Both the position numbers and the translations under genes were made by a program. Of a stretch of 64,000 nucleotides of DNA, positions 48,314-59,970 are shown piece by piece; the first letter of the stretch is position 1; the number at the start of each line of letters is the position of its first letter. The notes under the pieces are model-generated. The model worked only from the letters and a program-made list of their open reading frames with translations. It was not told the origin of the DNA and did not search any database. This stretch comes from a bacterium (GTDB lineage Bacteria; RBG-13-61-14; DATKZS01). The stretch is from positions 320,001-384,000 of the forward strand of contig CAXXFL010000005.1 in NCBI GenBank assembly GCA_963674965.2. Direction: 5' to 3'.

Positions 48314-49333
48314 ATGCCTTTTCATGAGAAATTGAAGGGTTACGCCGAGCGGCTCGGCTACGGCGAGTCCGAAACCATGGCCCGCATTTTCGAGATACTC
48401 TACGACGATAAGGACGTGATCGACCTGGTCGCGGCCCTCCCCGGCACGGCCCAGGAGATTTCCGAGAAGACGGGCATGCCCGCCGCCAGGGTGGTCGAGT
48501 TGGGGACCAGACTGCTGACTCGGGGAAGGATCATTGTCGACTTCAAAAAGAACAACGTGTTCAGGCGCTTTCCCGCCATGATCGAGCTTCGCGACTCGTC
48601 GGTGCTCGACCCGGAAACCACGCAGGAGCTTTACGAGCTTTGGGAGAGGATCGTGCTCGAGGAGTCGGCGGACATGGTGAATGCCCTGAAAAAACGAGAC
48701 GTGGCGCCCATGGTGCGGGTGCTTCCCATCGAGCGGTCGGTCCAGGCGCAAAACTCGGTCCTTGACGTGGACAGCGCGAGAAAGATTTTCCAGGAGGCGG
48801 GCCTTATTACGGTCCTTCCCTGCGTGTGCCGGACCATCGCCAGGAAAAACGGGAGGGGCCGGGACTGCCCGGCGCCCGAGACCTCGGTGTGCATGCAGAC
48901 CAATTTTTTCGCCGCGGGTGTCCTTGCCCGCAAGGTTGGCGAGAAGATCGGCAGGGAGGAGGCCCTAAAAAGAGTGGGGGACGCCGAGGACGCCGGGCTG
49001 GTTCACATGGTGCGCAATAACGTGCAAAAGGACATGTTCATGTGCAACTGCTGCTCGTGCTGCTGCACCGGGCTTCATATGTACCACCAATACGATTATC
49101 CGGGGGTCTTGGCGCCTTCCCGTTTCCGGGTCAAGATCGACCCGGACCTTTGCACGGCCTGCGGTATTTGTGAAGACCGGTGCCAGTTCCACGCCGTCAA
49201 GGTGGAAGCCTCCGGCGCGGTTATCGACCTGACGCATTGTATGGGCTGCGGTAACTGCGTGATAACCTGTCCTGAAAAGGCCCTTACCCTGGAGGAGTTA
49301 AGGCCGGTCGATCACATCCGGGTAAAGAAATAA
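48314..49333 (+). CDS. 4Fe-4S dicluster protein
   Basis: PCVCR, CMQ, CNCCSCCC; C-terminal CTACGICEDRC and CMGCGNCVITCP. Confidence 0.85.
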   Translation: MPFHEKLKGYAERLGYGESETMARIFEILYDDKDVIDLVAALPGTAQEISEKTGMPAARVVELGTRLLTRGRIIVDFKKNNVFRRFPAMIELRDSSVLDPETTQELYELWERIVLEESADMVNALKKRDVAPMVRVLPIERSVQAQNSVLDVDSARKIFQEAGLITVLPCVCRTIARKNGRGRDCPAPETSVCMQTNFFAAGVLARKVGEKIGREEALKRVGDAEDAGLVHMVRNNVQKDMFMCNCCSCCCTGLHMYHQYDYPGVLAPSRFRVKIDPDLCTACGICEDRCQFHAVKVEASGAVIDLTHCMGCGNCVITCPEKALTLEELRPVDHIRVKK

Positions 49334-49449
49334 TGGCCCGAGCCCTTTGCCGCTCGCCGGCCGTGAAAATCCGGGCGAAAAGGCCCCATGATTTTTTAAA
49401 CCCACGAAGAATCAAGGGGAATTTTTTTTCCTCTCCATGGGAAAACGGC

Positions 49450-49477
49450 TTGACAACGTGGCATGGATGCTTAAATT
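49450..49477 (+). promoter_or_regulatory. sigma70-like promoter for dnaK
   Basis: TTGACA-N16-TAAATT; no CIRCE seen. Confidence 0.45.
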
Positions 49478-49542
49478 TTTAACAGCGCGTTGGGGAAAAA
49501 GACGTAATATCGCGCGGTAAGTTTTGATTAGGAGGGTCTAAC

Positions 49543-51456
<1,914 letters not shown>

Positions 51457-51476
51457 CGCGGCAAGCGGAGGAAGCC

Positions 51477-51911
51477 ATGCCTTACGGGAAATGGGACCCC
51501 TTTCAAGACCTTCTACTGCTCCACCGGGAAATCTTCGGTGAAGGGTCCGAGTTCGATCTCGCCGGCGAAAGCGAGTCGGCTTGGACCCCGCCGGTGGACG
51601 TGTTCGAGACCAGGGACAACTACGTCCTCAAGGCCGAGCTTCCGGGAATAAATCCCGACGATATCAAACTCGAATACTTGAACAAGAAACTGGTGCTCTC
51701 CGGCAAAAGAGAACCCCTTTCAGCGGGCGCCAAAAAGAAATATCACCAGGTCGAAAGAATCTACGGGCCTTTCAAGCGGACCTTGTGGCTGCCAGAGGGA
51801 CTTTGCTGCGAGGAAATCCAGGCGCTTTACGAGGAAGGCGTGCTCGAGATAACCATTCCCAAAAAGGCCTCGACCCCCCCTAAAAACATCGTGGTTAGAA
51901 GCGAAGACTGA
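51477..51911 (+). CDS. Hsp20/alpha-crystallin small heat-shock protein
   Basis: WTPPVDVFE, AELPG, ER.YG.F.R, GVLEITIPK. Confidence 0.93.
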   Translation: MPYGKWDPFQDLLLLHREIFGEGSEFDLAGESESAWTPPVDVFETRDNYVLKAELPGINPDDIKLEYLNKKLVLSGKREPLSAGAKKKYHQVERIYGPFKRTLWLPEGLCCEEIQALYEEGVLEITIPKKASTPPKNIVVRSED

Positions 51912-51926
51912 TAACATTCAAAATGG

Positions 51927-51951
51927 AAGGGGCGACCCGCGGCCGCCCCTT
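51927..51951. terminator. Hairpin terminator between convergent hsp20 and oxidoreductase genes
   Basis: AAGGGGCG-loop-CGCCCCTT with A/T-rich flanks. Confidence 0.6.
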
Positions 51952-51957
51952 ATTTAA

Positions 51958-53559
51958 TTACTTGTCCATTTTCAATATCTTTTCCGCGGCCGTCCGGCCC
52001 GACTCCATCACCGCCGCCTGTCCGTGGCCCGGCTGAGTCCAGGCGCTCGCCAAAAATAAATTGGGGATAGGCGTCTCCTGCTCGAGCCGGTTCTTATCGA
52101 AATGATCGAGGTCTATGGCCCACCCGTACACCGCGCCTTTCGGGTTCCCGGTGAAGTGCTCCATCGTCCGCGGCGACCCGACCTCCATGACCTCGACGTG
52201 GCTCGAGAGGCCGGGCAGGTGCTTCTCGGCCCGCCTGGTAAAGGTCTTCCCCACCTCGTCCTTAAGGGCCGCGTAGGCGGCGTAGCTTTCTTCCTCGCGC
52301 CATCCGTTATTCCAGTCGTAGGGCATATAGGTGGTGATGACGATCACGTTCTTGCCCTCGGGCGCGGCGGCTTTGTCTATCTCCGAATAGTTGACGATGA
52401 AGTAGCCCATCTTCTCCGGATCGGTCCCGCTCAGCAGGGTATCGACGTCGTAACTCTCGTAGACCGAGATGGTATGGTTGCCGCTGAAAGCGTCGCGGTA
52501 GTCGTGATCGACTCCCAGGAATACCTGGAGGATCGTCGGGCCTATCTTCATCTTTTCCACCCTGGCGACGTAATCGGCCGGAAGGTTATCACGGCCGACC
52601 ATCTTAAACAGCGTGTCCGGAGCGTTGGCGTTGCTCACCACGCAGCCGCAGGAAAACCTCTGCCCGTCCTCCGTCTCGACGGCGACGGCCCGTCCATCCT
52701 CGATAACTATCTTGGACGCCGCGGTCGAAACCATTATCTCCCCGCCGTTTTCCTCGATTACTTCCGCCAGGGCGTCGGACACGGCCTGGGAACCGCCCTC
52801 GAAATAATAGAACCCGCTGTAGTGGTAACTGGCCCACATGCCGATGAAAAGGTTGGCCGGCATCGCGTCCGGAGGCGCGCCCGCGTACCCGCACATCCAA
52901 CTGAGCACGGCTCGGAGCTTCTTGTCTTGAGTATAGTCGTCCAGGAACTGGGACAGGGTCCGGCCGGCGTTTTTCTTGAACAGAAGCTGAAATCTTGGGT
53001 CCGTTAAAAGAAGGCCAAGGGCTTTCATTCTTTTTCCCTCGTTCAAATTCTTAAGCGCGACCAGAGCGTTTTGCATTTCATGCATGGTCTTGAAGAAGTC
53101 GTTGACGCCTTTTTCTTCCCCGGGGAATTTCTCGAGGAGGCGGTTTTTATATTCCTCCGGGTCGGCGGGCACGTCCATTTCGAAGTCGGGGAAGGCCACG
53201 CGGTAGGCGGGGTCGAGCCTTATGGGCTTCACCTTGTCCATGATCCCCAGTTGCTCGAACAGGACCCTGGTGGTCCCGTCGTCTTCATCCAGCCCATTGA
53301 TGGAGTGGAGGGACACCTCGAAGGTGTAATCCTCGCGCTCGAAGTTGGTCATGTATCCGCCGACCTTGTAGTGCCGCTCGATAAGGAGGACCTTTTTCCC
53401 GTTCTTAGCGAGGGTCGCCGCCGCCGCCAGTCCTCCGCCGCCGGCCCCTATCACGACCGCGTCGTAGGATGAGCTCCCGGCGTCCGACCTCAGCGAGAGG
53501 CTGACGATTAAAAAAGTCGCCGCCGTAATTGCCGCCATAAGCCTTGCATGGGTTTTCAT
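51958..53559 (-). CDS. FAD-dependent oxidoreductase, phytoene desaturase/retinol saturase family, with signal peptide
   Basis: VIGAGGGGL, VGGY, FEVSLH, GGSQ..SDAL, TGNPKGAVYG, TPIPNLFL. Confidence 0.85.
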   Translation of the reverse strand: MKTHARLMAAITAATFLIVSLSLRSDAGSSSYDAVVIGAGGGGLAAAATLAKNGKKVLLIERHYKVGGYMTNFEREDYTFEVSLHSINGLDEDDGTTRVLFEQLGIMDKVKPIRLDPAYRVAFPDFEMDVPADPEEYKNRLLEKFPGEEKGVNDFFKTMHEMQNALVALKNLNEGKRMKALGLLLTDPRFQLLFKKNAGRTLSQFLDDYTQDKKLRAVLSWMCGYAGAPPDAMPANLFIGMWASYHYSGFYYFEGGSQAVSDALAEVIEENGGEIMVSTAASKIVIEDGRAVAVETEDGQRFSCGCVVSNANAPDTLFKMVGRDNLPADYVARVEKMKIGPTILQVFLGVDHDYRDAFSGNHTISVYESYDVDTLLSGTDPEKMGYFIVNYSEIDKAAAPEGKNVIVITTYMPYDWNNGWREEESYAAYAALKDEVGKTFTRRAEKHLPGLSSHVEVMEVGSPRTMEHFTGNPKGAVYGWAIDLDHFDKNRLEQETPIPNLFLASAWTQPGHGQAAVMESGRTAAEKILKMDK

Positions 53560-53794
53560 GTAATGCCTCCGTGGATTTTGGTCCCGGCCGGGTGAGCGTT
53601 ATGAAGGGGGAAATCCGCCGGGAGCGCCGGCGGCCGGGTTCGATTTGATAGATTATATACGTGCTTGATCGCCCCGGCAATGGCCGCGCCAAATCCAGCG
53701 CCTCCTGGCCGTTGTATCTTTTCCACTTCGTGATAATCTGGAAGCATCCGGCAAAGGAAAAACGGCGCTCGGCGCCATGAAAGGAAGGTGCAAA

Positions 53795-54991
53795 ATGGCG
53801 GACAAAATGAAATGCGTTACCCTGCACGCGAAATGGGACCCCAAACCCGGCTTCAAGCTGGGACCCAAGGATATCGATAATAAACAGACCTATCTGGGAA
53901 GCCTGGTATGGCGCCACCCGGAACTAAAGATCGAGGAAAAAAACGTTCCCAAACCCGGAAGGGACGAGGTCCTTATCGAGGTCAAGGCCACCGGCATCTG
54001 CGGCTCCGACGTGCATATGGCCCAGGCCGACAAGGACGGATACATCTGGTACCCCGGGCTCACCGGCTTTCCCTGCATTCTTGGCCACGAGACCGCCGGG
54101 GTGGTGGTGGACGCAGGCAAGGAGGCCTTTGACAAGATTACCTTAAAGCCCTTCAAGGGCGGCGAGAAGGTCTGCGTCGAGGAAATGGTCTGGTGCGGCA
54201 TGTGCCGGCCCTGCGCGGACGGATGGCCCAATCACTGCGAGAAGCTAGACGAGATAGGCTTTAACGTGGACGGCGCCTTCGCCAAATACCTCACCGTTCC
54301 CAGCCGCCTGTTATGGAGCCTGGACGCGCTGGCGGACAGGTACAAGGGCGACGAGCTTTTCGTGGCCGGCAGCCTGGTCGAGCCCACCAGCGTGGCCTAT
54401 AACGCCGTGATCGAGCGCGGCGGCGGCATCCGTCCCGGCGACAACGCGCTCATCCTGGGCGGCGGCCCCATCGGCGCGGCGGCCTGCGCCATACTGAAGC
54501 GGGCCGGAGCGGCCAAGGTGCTTATAAGCGAGCCCGAGGCCTCGAGGCGGAAGCTGGCCAGGAAGCTGGGCGCCGACGTTCTCATCAACCCGGCCAAGGA
54601 AAAGCTGAGCGAGGCGGTTCTGGACCACACCCGGGGGGAGGGCGCGGCCTTGATCCTCGAGGCGACGGGCCTTCCCACCGTGGTCTGGCCGGACGTGGAG
54701 GACGTCATCTGGAGCGGACGGACGCTGAACACGACCGTGGTTATCGTGGCTCGGGCCGAGGCCAAGGTCCCCCTTACCGGCGAGGTCTTCCAGGTAAGGC
54801 GCGCCCGCGTGATCGGGGCCCAGGGACACTCGGGACACGGGACTTTTCCCCGCGTCATAAGCTGCATGTCCGACGGCATGGACATGACGCCCATGGTGAC
54901 CAAGCGGGTCAAGCTCGAGGAGGTCCCCGAAAATATCGTGAAGCTACGCGACGACCGCGAGAACTGCAAGATAACCTGGATCGCGAAATAA
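53795..54991 (+). CDS. iolM: Zn-dependent dehydrogenase, scyllo-inosose 3-dehydrogenase-like
   Basis: LHAKWDP..FKLGPKDI, GICGSDVHMAQ..GYIWYPGLTGFP, GHE, GGGPIG, QGHSGHGTFPRVI match my recollection of Thermotoga IolM. Confidence 0.8.
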   Translation: MADKMKCVTLHAKWDPKPGFKLGPKDIDNKQTYLGSLVWRHPELKIEEKNVPKPGRDEVLIEVKATGICGSDVHMAQADKDGYIWYPGLTGFPCILGHETAGVVVDAGKEAFDKITLKPFKGGEKVCVEEMVWCGMCRPCADGWPNHCEKLDEIGFNVDGAFAKYLTVPSRLLWSLDALADRYKGDELFVAGSLVEPTSVAYNAVIERGGGIRPGDNALILGGGPIGAAACAILKRAGAAKVLISEPEASRRKLARKLGADVLINPAKEKLSEAVLDHTRGEGAALILEATGLPTVVWPDVEDVIWSGRTLNTTVVIVARAEAKVPLTGEVFQVRRARVIGAQGHSGHGTFPRVISCMSDGMDMTPMVTKRVKLEEVPENIVKLRDDRENCKITWIAK

Positions 54992-55004
54992 CCGGGGGGA
55001 AGCC

Positions 55005-56189
55005 ATGAGACTCCGATTAGCCTGGCTGGCGGCGGCCGCCGCCCTGACCTTCTCGGCCGCCGCCCCCGCCCAGATCAGAACGGCAAAGGACCCGGCGGTA
55101 AAGAAATACCTGAAGGACTACGGCCGCGAGGAAAAGGAGCAAAAGAAGGAGGAGCGAAAGGCCCGGCGGGAAGACCCTCACCGTTTCCTGCGGCCCTATT
55201 TCAGCCTCGAGGAAATATACGCCGCCATGGACAAGGCCCGGGAGGATTTCCCCGACCTCGTCCGCGTTATCGACTACGGACAAAGCGTCGAGGGCAGGCC
55301 GCTCAGAATGATCGAGATTAGCAAGGGACCCGGCGACAAGGCCAAGGTCCTTTACTCGGCCAACATCCACGGCAACGAGATGGCCGGGAACATGATCTGC
55401 CTGGCGCTGATGGATTATTTCCTCGAGGAAAGCCAAAAAGACCGGGACGTCGAATATCTTCTCCAGCGCCTTAACGTTTATATCATTCCCGTCCTCAATC
55501 CCGACGGCATGGCCCGGACGGTGAGGCAACAGTCGGGTGTGGGAACGCTCTACTCGATCACGCGCAAGAACGCGAACGGGGTGGACCTGAACCGTAATTA
55601 TCCATATCCCGCCGAGGCGCTCGATCGTCTTCGCGACTCGGCCGGCTCGAGCCATAAATGGTCCGTCAACTATCGGGGGCCCGGGCCGCTTTCCGAGCCG
55701 GAAAGCCGAGCCATCGACGCTCTCTTCGCGGAGCATAAGTTCACCTTGCACTGCAACTGGCACACCACCGGCGGGCTGGTCATGAGTCCTCCCGCCACGC
55801 TGCCCGAGCCCCTTCCCGACGACGAGCTGCATGACGCGCTAAGGAAGGCCTACCGCGACGCCATGTTCGACAAGTACAAGCAGCACACGGAGCTTCAGTT
55901 CTACCCGACCATCGGCTCGCTCGACGATTACCTGTATCACCGCTACGGCGCGCTTTGCATTACCATGGAAGTGGGAAAAAAGCCGGTCAGGCGGGCCCTG
56001 CTCGGCTGTCATAACGGGACTTGCTCGCCTCTTTTCTGGGCGTCCAACGTTTATTGTCTCGAGCGGGAAATCGCCAACAACCTGCCGGGAGCCATCGAGC
56101 TCGCGTGGCGCGCCCTGGCTATCCATGAGGACCCCGCGGCCCGGAAATGGACGCCGCCCGAGAGCGTCTGGGTGGGAGAGCCGAATTGA
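55005..56189 (+). CDS. Secreted M14 zinc carboxypeptidase
   Basis: Signal peptide; GQSVEGR, IHGNE, NPDG, RKNANGVDLNRNY, SEPE, WHT. Confidence 0.88.
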   Translation: MRLRLAWLAAAAALTFSAAAPAQIRTAKDPAVKKYLKDYGREEKEQKKEERKARREDPHRFLRPYFSLEEIYAAMDKAREDFPDLVRVIDYGQSVEGRPLRMIEISKGPGDKAKVLYSANIHGNEMAGNMICLALMDYFLEESQKDRDVEYLLQRLNVYIIPVLNPDGMARTVRQQSGVGTLYSITRKNANGVDLNRNYPYPAEALDRLRDSAGSSHKWSVNYRGPGPLSEPESRAIDALFAEHKFTLHCNWHTTGGLVMSPPATLPEPLPDDELHDALRKAYRDAMFDKYKQHTELQFYPTIGSLDDYLYHRYGALCITMEVGKKPVRRALLGCHNGTCSPLFWASNVYCLEREIANNLPGAIELAWRALAIHEDPAARKWTPPESVWVGEPN

Positions 56190-56248
56190 GGCGCGCTCGG
56201 CGCTCGAGAATCGTTTTGGCGTTTAATGCCGCCGACGCCCGGCTTCTT

Positions 56249-57682
56249 ATGGCGGCCGCCTTCTCCATCGTCCTCCTCGTGACGGGCTGCTCCCCCTCGC
56301 CGAGGCAAGTAAAGGAAGCGGCGGGCGAGGAATTTCGCGTGTCCTCCCGGGAGATGATGGAATGGATCGAGACCATCGTCGGGTTCGGCGACCGCCTGCC
56401 CGGCCAGCCCGGGCTCGAGAAAACGCGCTACTTTATCGTGGACAAGCTCGGCGAATTCGGCGTCTCCAACGTTATCCTGGACCCGGTCAATATCGAAAAA
56501 TGGGCGCCCCAAAAGGCCGAGCTTCGGTTCCTCAGCAAGGGAAAAATAATCGACGTGCCCTGCCAATGGATGAGCCTTTCACCGGGGACCTCACCCGCCG
56601 GGCTGCGGACGCCGGCCGTTTACGTGGGCGACGGCTCGCGTATCGAGCTTTACGACCTGGCCGGCAAGGCGGTCGTCTATCAGCAGCGCATGGGCAATTT
56701 CCCCGCGGGCAAGATGAAGTCCCTCTTTTACGACCCGGACGATACCATTGACAAGGACCTGACCTTAACCTCGATAGCCTCGCTTAAATTCCGGGACCAT
56801 ATCTGGGAGACGTGCAAGGAAAAAAAGGCCGCGGCCCTGATCGGTCTTTTGGTGGATTTTCCCTACGAGACCGACACTTTTTATATGCAGCCGGAGCCGG
56901 GGGGAGAACGCCCACCCCTTCCGGGGGTATGGGTCAGCCGCGAGCGCTCGCGAGAGGTCGTCGATCTGCTTAAAGACGACTCGACCGTCCTGGCGTCCAT
57001 CGTCAACCCGGTTGACGAGGGCGTTTACGAGGACTATAACGTGGTGGCCATCATCCACGGGAAATCTCCCCGTTACTTCGTTGTTCATACTCATTACGAC
57101 TCCGGTTTTAACGGCGCGGTGCAGGACGCCTCGGGCGTGGCCGAGGTCCTGGCCCTGGCCAAACACCTGACGCTCCCCGAGACCGAGCCGATGGACCACG
57201 GGCTTATCTTTCTTTTCACGGCCGCTCACATGCACGGCCGCCTGGGGGCCAGGGACTTCGTGACCGACTATAAGGATTATCTGGACCTGATCGACCTGGA
57301 TTTCACCATCGAGCACGTTGGCCTCGATTGCGAGGACGCGGGAGGGAACAAGGGCCTGGTCTGCTCGGACCTGCCGGCGCCGAGGTTTATCCTGACCTCG
57401 TCGGACTGGGGGCTGATAAGGACTATCCGGGCGGCGGCCGAGGAAAACGATTTAAAGCGCTGCGCCGTGGTCCCCCACAAGGCGCTTATCGTCATGTCCG
57501 ACGAGAAATACGCCAGGGGAGACGGAGGCGAAAACTACGCGGCCGGAGTACCCTGCGCCGGCTACATATCCGCCCCGCCCTACTTCATGTCCAGGGAGGA
57601 CGCGCCGGACAAGGTGGCGAAAGACGAGCTTAAACGCGTGGCCAAGACCGTACTTACGACCTTCAGGCTGCTGGATAAATAA
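56249..57682 (+). CDS. M28-like metallopeptidase with PA domain, probable lipoprotein
   Basis: Lipobox LVTGC; HYDS, GAVQDASG, IEH; start uncertain (56186-56249). Confidence 0.7.
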   Translation: MAAAFSIVLLVTGCSPSPRQVKEAAGEEFRVSSREMMEWIETIVGFGDRLPGQPGLEKTRYFIVDKLGEFGVSNVILDPVNIEKWAPQKAELRFLSKGKIIDVPCQWMSLSPGTSPAGLRTPAVYVGDGSRIELYDLAGKAVVYQQRMGNFPAGKMKSLFYDPDDTIDKDLTLTSIASLKFRDHIWETCKEKKAAALIGLLVDFPYETDTFYMQPEPGGERPPLPGVWVSRERSREVVDLLKDDSTVLASIVNPVDEGVYEDYNVVAIIHGKSPRYFVVHTHYDSGFNGAVQDASGVAEVLALAKHLTLPETEPMDHGLIFLFTAAHMHGRLGARDFVTDYKDYLDLIDLDFTIEHVGLDCEDAGGNKGLVCSDLPAPRFILTSSDWGLIRTIRAAAEENDLKRCAVVPHKALIVMSDEKYARGDGGENYAAGVPCAGYISAPPYFMSREDAPDKVAKDELKRVAKTVLTTFRLLDK

Positions 57683-57698
57683 CTTCGTCTCGCGTCGC

Positions 57699-58253
57699 CT
57701 ACTTTAAGAACAGGCCCATCAGCGCCTCGTCCGCGTACTGGCCGGGACCGAGCTTGTACTGCCTCTCCCGCAGACCCTCCCGCTTGAACCCGAGACTCTC
57801 GTAAAGATGGATGGCGCGTGGGTTGTCGGCGAAAACGGCGAGGCATATCTTCTCCAGCCTCGGATGAGACCGGGCCCAGTCAAGGGCAGCCAGGATAAGG
57901 GCCCGGCCCACGCCCTGGTCGCGAAATGACCTATGCACGCTGAGATGGATGACGCCGCAATGCTCGAGCCTTTGTCTCGACTCCGTGTCCAGGTGAAGGA
58001 ACCCGGCCAGGCGGCCTTCCACCGCGGCCGCCAGCGCGAGCCAGGACGGGTGGTCAAGGCGCATGCCCAGCCAGCGCTTTTCCTCCTCCTCGGAAAAGGT
58101 ATACTCCTCGGGAAGGGTCACGGTGAACTCGAGCTCGGATAAAACGCTGAAGGCAAGCTCGAGGACCGCGCTCGCGTCCTCGGGAACGGCCGAGCGGACC
58201 ACAACTTCTCGGCCGTCCTTTAACGCGCTCCTCCGCGTCCGGATATCGCCCAT
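57699..58253 (-). CDS. GNAT-family N-acetyltransferase
   Basis: V..FRDQGVGRAL, N.RAIHLYESLGF; start MGDIR at 58253. Confidence 0.9.
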   Translation of the reverse strand: MGDIRTRRSALKDGREVVVRSAVPEDASAVLELAFSVLSELEFTVTLPEEYTFSEEEEKRWLGMRLDHPSWLALAAAVEGRLAGFLHLDTESRQRLEHCGVIHLSVHRSFRDQGVGRALILAALDWARSHPRLEKICLAVFADNPRAIHLYESLGFKREGLRERQYKLGPGQYADEALMGLFLK

Positions 58254-58747
58254 TACCCGACGAACCTCTCGATTAAAAAGTCCGCCAGGCCCTCGACGTC
58301 CGCCAACCCGAAGACCGGGCAGTCCAAAGCGACCTCGTCGTCCGTGACCATGGCCACCCGGTTGTCGCCCGGCCCGCAAAGCGGCTCCACGTGCGCCGCC
58401 CGCCGAAAAACCTCTATCTTGGGCTTGTCCGCCGACTTGTAGCCCTCGGTCAAGATAAGGTCGGCGTCGCTCATGTACGTCTCTAAAAGGTCGTCCAGCG
58501 GCATGGGAGCCTCCAGCCTCTTCACCAAAGCCAGCTTGGTGGGTGAGGCTATAAGCACCGAGCGGGCCCCCGCCTGAAAATGACGGTACGTGTCCTTGCC
58601 CGGATGGTCGATGTCGAAGCGGTGAGCGTCGTGCTTGATGGTGGCCACCCGGACGCCCTTTCTCTCGAGAGCGGGAATGAGCTTCTCGATCAGCGTGGTC
58701 TTGCCGCTGTCGCTCTTGCCGACGATGGATACAACTCGAGCGGACAT
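58253..58747 (-). CDS. mobB: Molybdopterin-guanine dinucleotide biosynthesis protein MobB
   Basis: GKSDSGKTT, IKHDAH.FDID.PGKDT, EGYK..PKIEV. Confidence 0.93.
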   Translation of the reverse strand: MSARVVSIVGKSDSGKTTLIEKLIPALERKGVRVATIKHDAHRFDIDHPGKDTYRHFQAGARSVLIASPTKLALVKRLEAPMPLDDLLETYMSDADLILTEGYKSADKPKIEVFRRAAHVEPLCGPGDNRVAMVTDDEVALDCPVFGLADVEGLADFLIERFVG

Positions 58748-58766
58748 GGCCGCCTCCTTGTCTTCC

Positions 58767-59216
58767 CTAAAATGTCCTGGCCCCGTCCAGCAGAAGCGTC
58801 ACCGGGCCCCGGTTAACCAGACGTACGTCCATCATGGCGCGGAAGCGGCCCGACTCGACCTTGATCCCCCGCTCCCTGACCTTATCGATAAACCGCAAAT
58901 AGAAATCCTCGGCCTTGGCCGGGGCCGCCGCGTGAGAAAAGCTGGGCCGCCGTCCCTTGCGGCAGTCCCCGTGGAGGGTGAACTGGCTCACCACCAGCAT
59001 CTGGCCGCCCACGTCCAAAAGGGACAGGTTCAGCTTGCCCTCCCCGTCCTCGAAGACGCGAAGGTTCACTATCTTGTCGGCCAGGTAGTCGATCTCCTCC
59101 TCGGCGTCCGATTCCGACACCCCGAGAAGCACCAGGAAGCCCGGCCCGATCCGGCCGACCTCTTCCCCCTCGACCGACACGCCGGCCTCGCTCACGCGCT
59201 GGACCACCGCCCTCAT
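58767..59216 (-). CDS. dtd: D-aminoacyl-tRNA deacylase
   Basis: [32 protein letters not shown]. Confidence 0.95.
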   Translation of the reverse strand: MRAVVQRVSEAGVSVEGEEVGRIGPGFLVLLGVSESDAEEEIDYLADKIVNLRVFEDGEGKLNLSLLDVGGQMLVVSQFTLHGDCRKGRRPSFSHAAAPAKAEDFYLRFIDKVRERGIKVESGRFRAMMDVRLVNRGPVTLLLDGARTF

Positions 59217-59220
59217 GGCC

Positions 59221-59529
59221 CTACTTCTTAAGCTCGCGGCCAAGATGGGCCTCGACCGACTCGACCTTGGCCTTGAGCCGCCCGGCCTTGCCCTTGCGGT
59301 CGTCCAGCTTGACGCTCGAGAGCACCCGGCTGGACATGGCCGCCATCTTCTTGTGGCACTTGCCCACCAGTTCCCACACCTCGTCGAACTCGCCCTCCAC
59401 GATGGTGGCCATGGGCGTAAGCTGGTACTCGAGGCCGCTTTGGTCGATAATATCCAGAAGCTCGGCCACGTATTTGGAAACGCTCTCCCCCTTGTCGAGG
59501 GGAGCTATCGAGAACATCGCTAAAACCAT
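59221..59529 (-). CDS. MTH1187/YkoF-family thiamine-binding protein
   Basis: [33 protein letters not shown]. Confidence 0.88.
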   Translation of the reverse strand: MVLAMFSIAPLDKGESVSKYVAELLDIIDQSGLEYQLTPMATIVEGEFDEVWELVGKCHKKMAAMSSRVLSSVKLDDRKGKAGRLKAKVESVEAHLGRELKK

Positions 59530-59791
59530 TATTGCCTCCTCCAAACGGCCGGCGGCGCCCGACCCGATTTTACGCGATATAGTTTATAGGGCAACCCGCC
59601 GTCTTCCAAATACGTCCGAAACAAGCGCTCGAGATAAGCCTCCAGCCCCCACGGGGAGGGTGGCGCAAATGAGAGGAGCGGGAGGCGAGGTGGCGCACAA
59701 GGTTTTGAAAAAACCGCCGGGGCCTGACTTGGATCATGGGTGGCGCGGATAGATATCCGCGCCACCCGCGATTTTCCTCATTGCCGTTTTA

Positions 59792-59820
59792 TTGACAACC
59801 CATATTTGCATTGGTATAGT
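59792..59820 (+). promoter_or_regulatory. Near-consensus sigma70 promoter
   Basis: TTGACA-N17-TATAGT with TG extended -10. Confidence 0.7.
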
Positions 59821-59970
59821 CGATAGCCGATCGGCGTCGAAATGAAAAGCGCGTTTTTATCTTGTAAGCACTACGGTGATGGCCCGCGGCCGAATATGCT
59901 CGTTTGGCCTTACGCAAGTGGGGGAACTTAGGGCCATTGTGGTTTTTTATTCAACAAAGCGAGGTGAAAA

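Noticed and set aside
49478-49510. CIRCE element before dnaK
   Set aside because: No adequate match to TTAGCACTC-N9-GAGTGCTAA
59873-59948. Fluoride or c-di-GMP riboswitch
   Set aside because: Only GGTGATGG matches; the other conserved elements are missing. Kept as an unassigned structured leader
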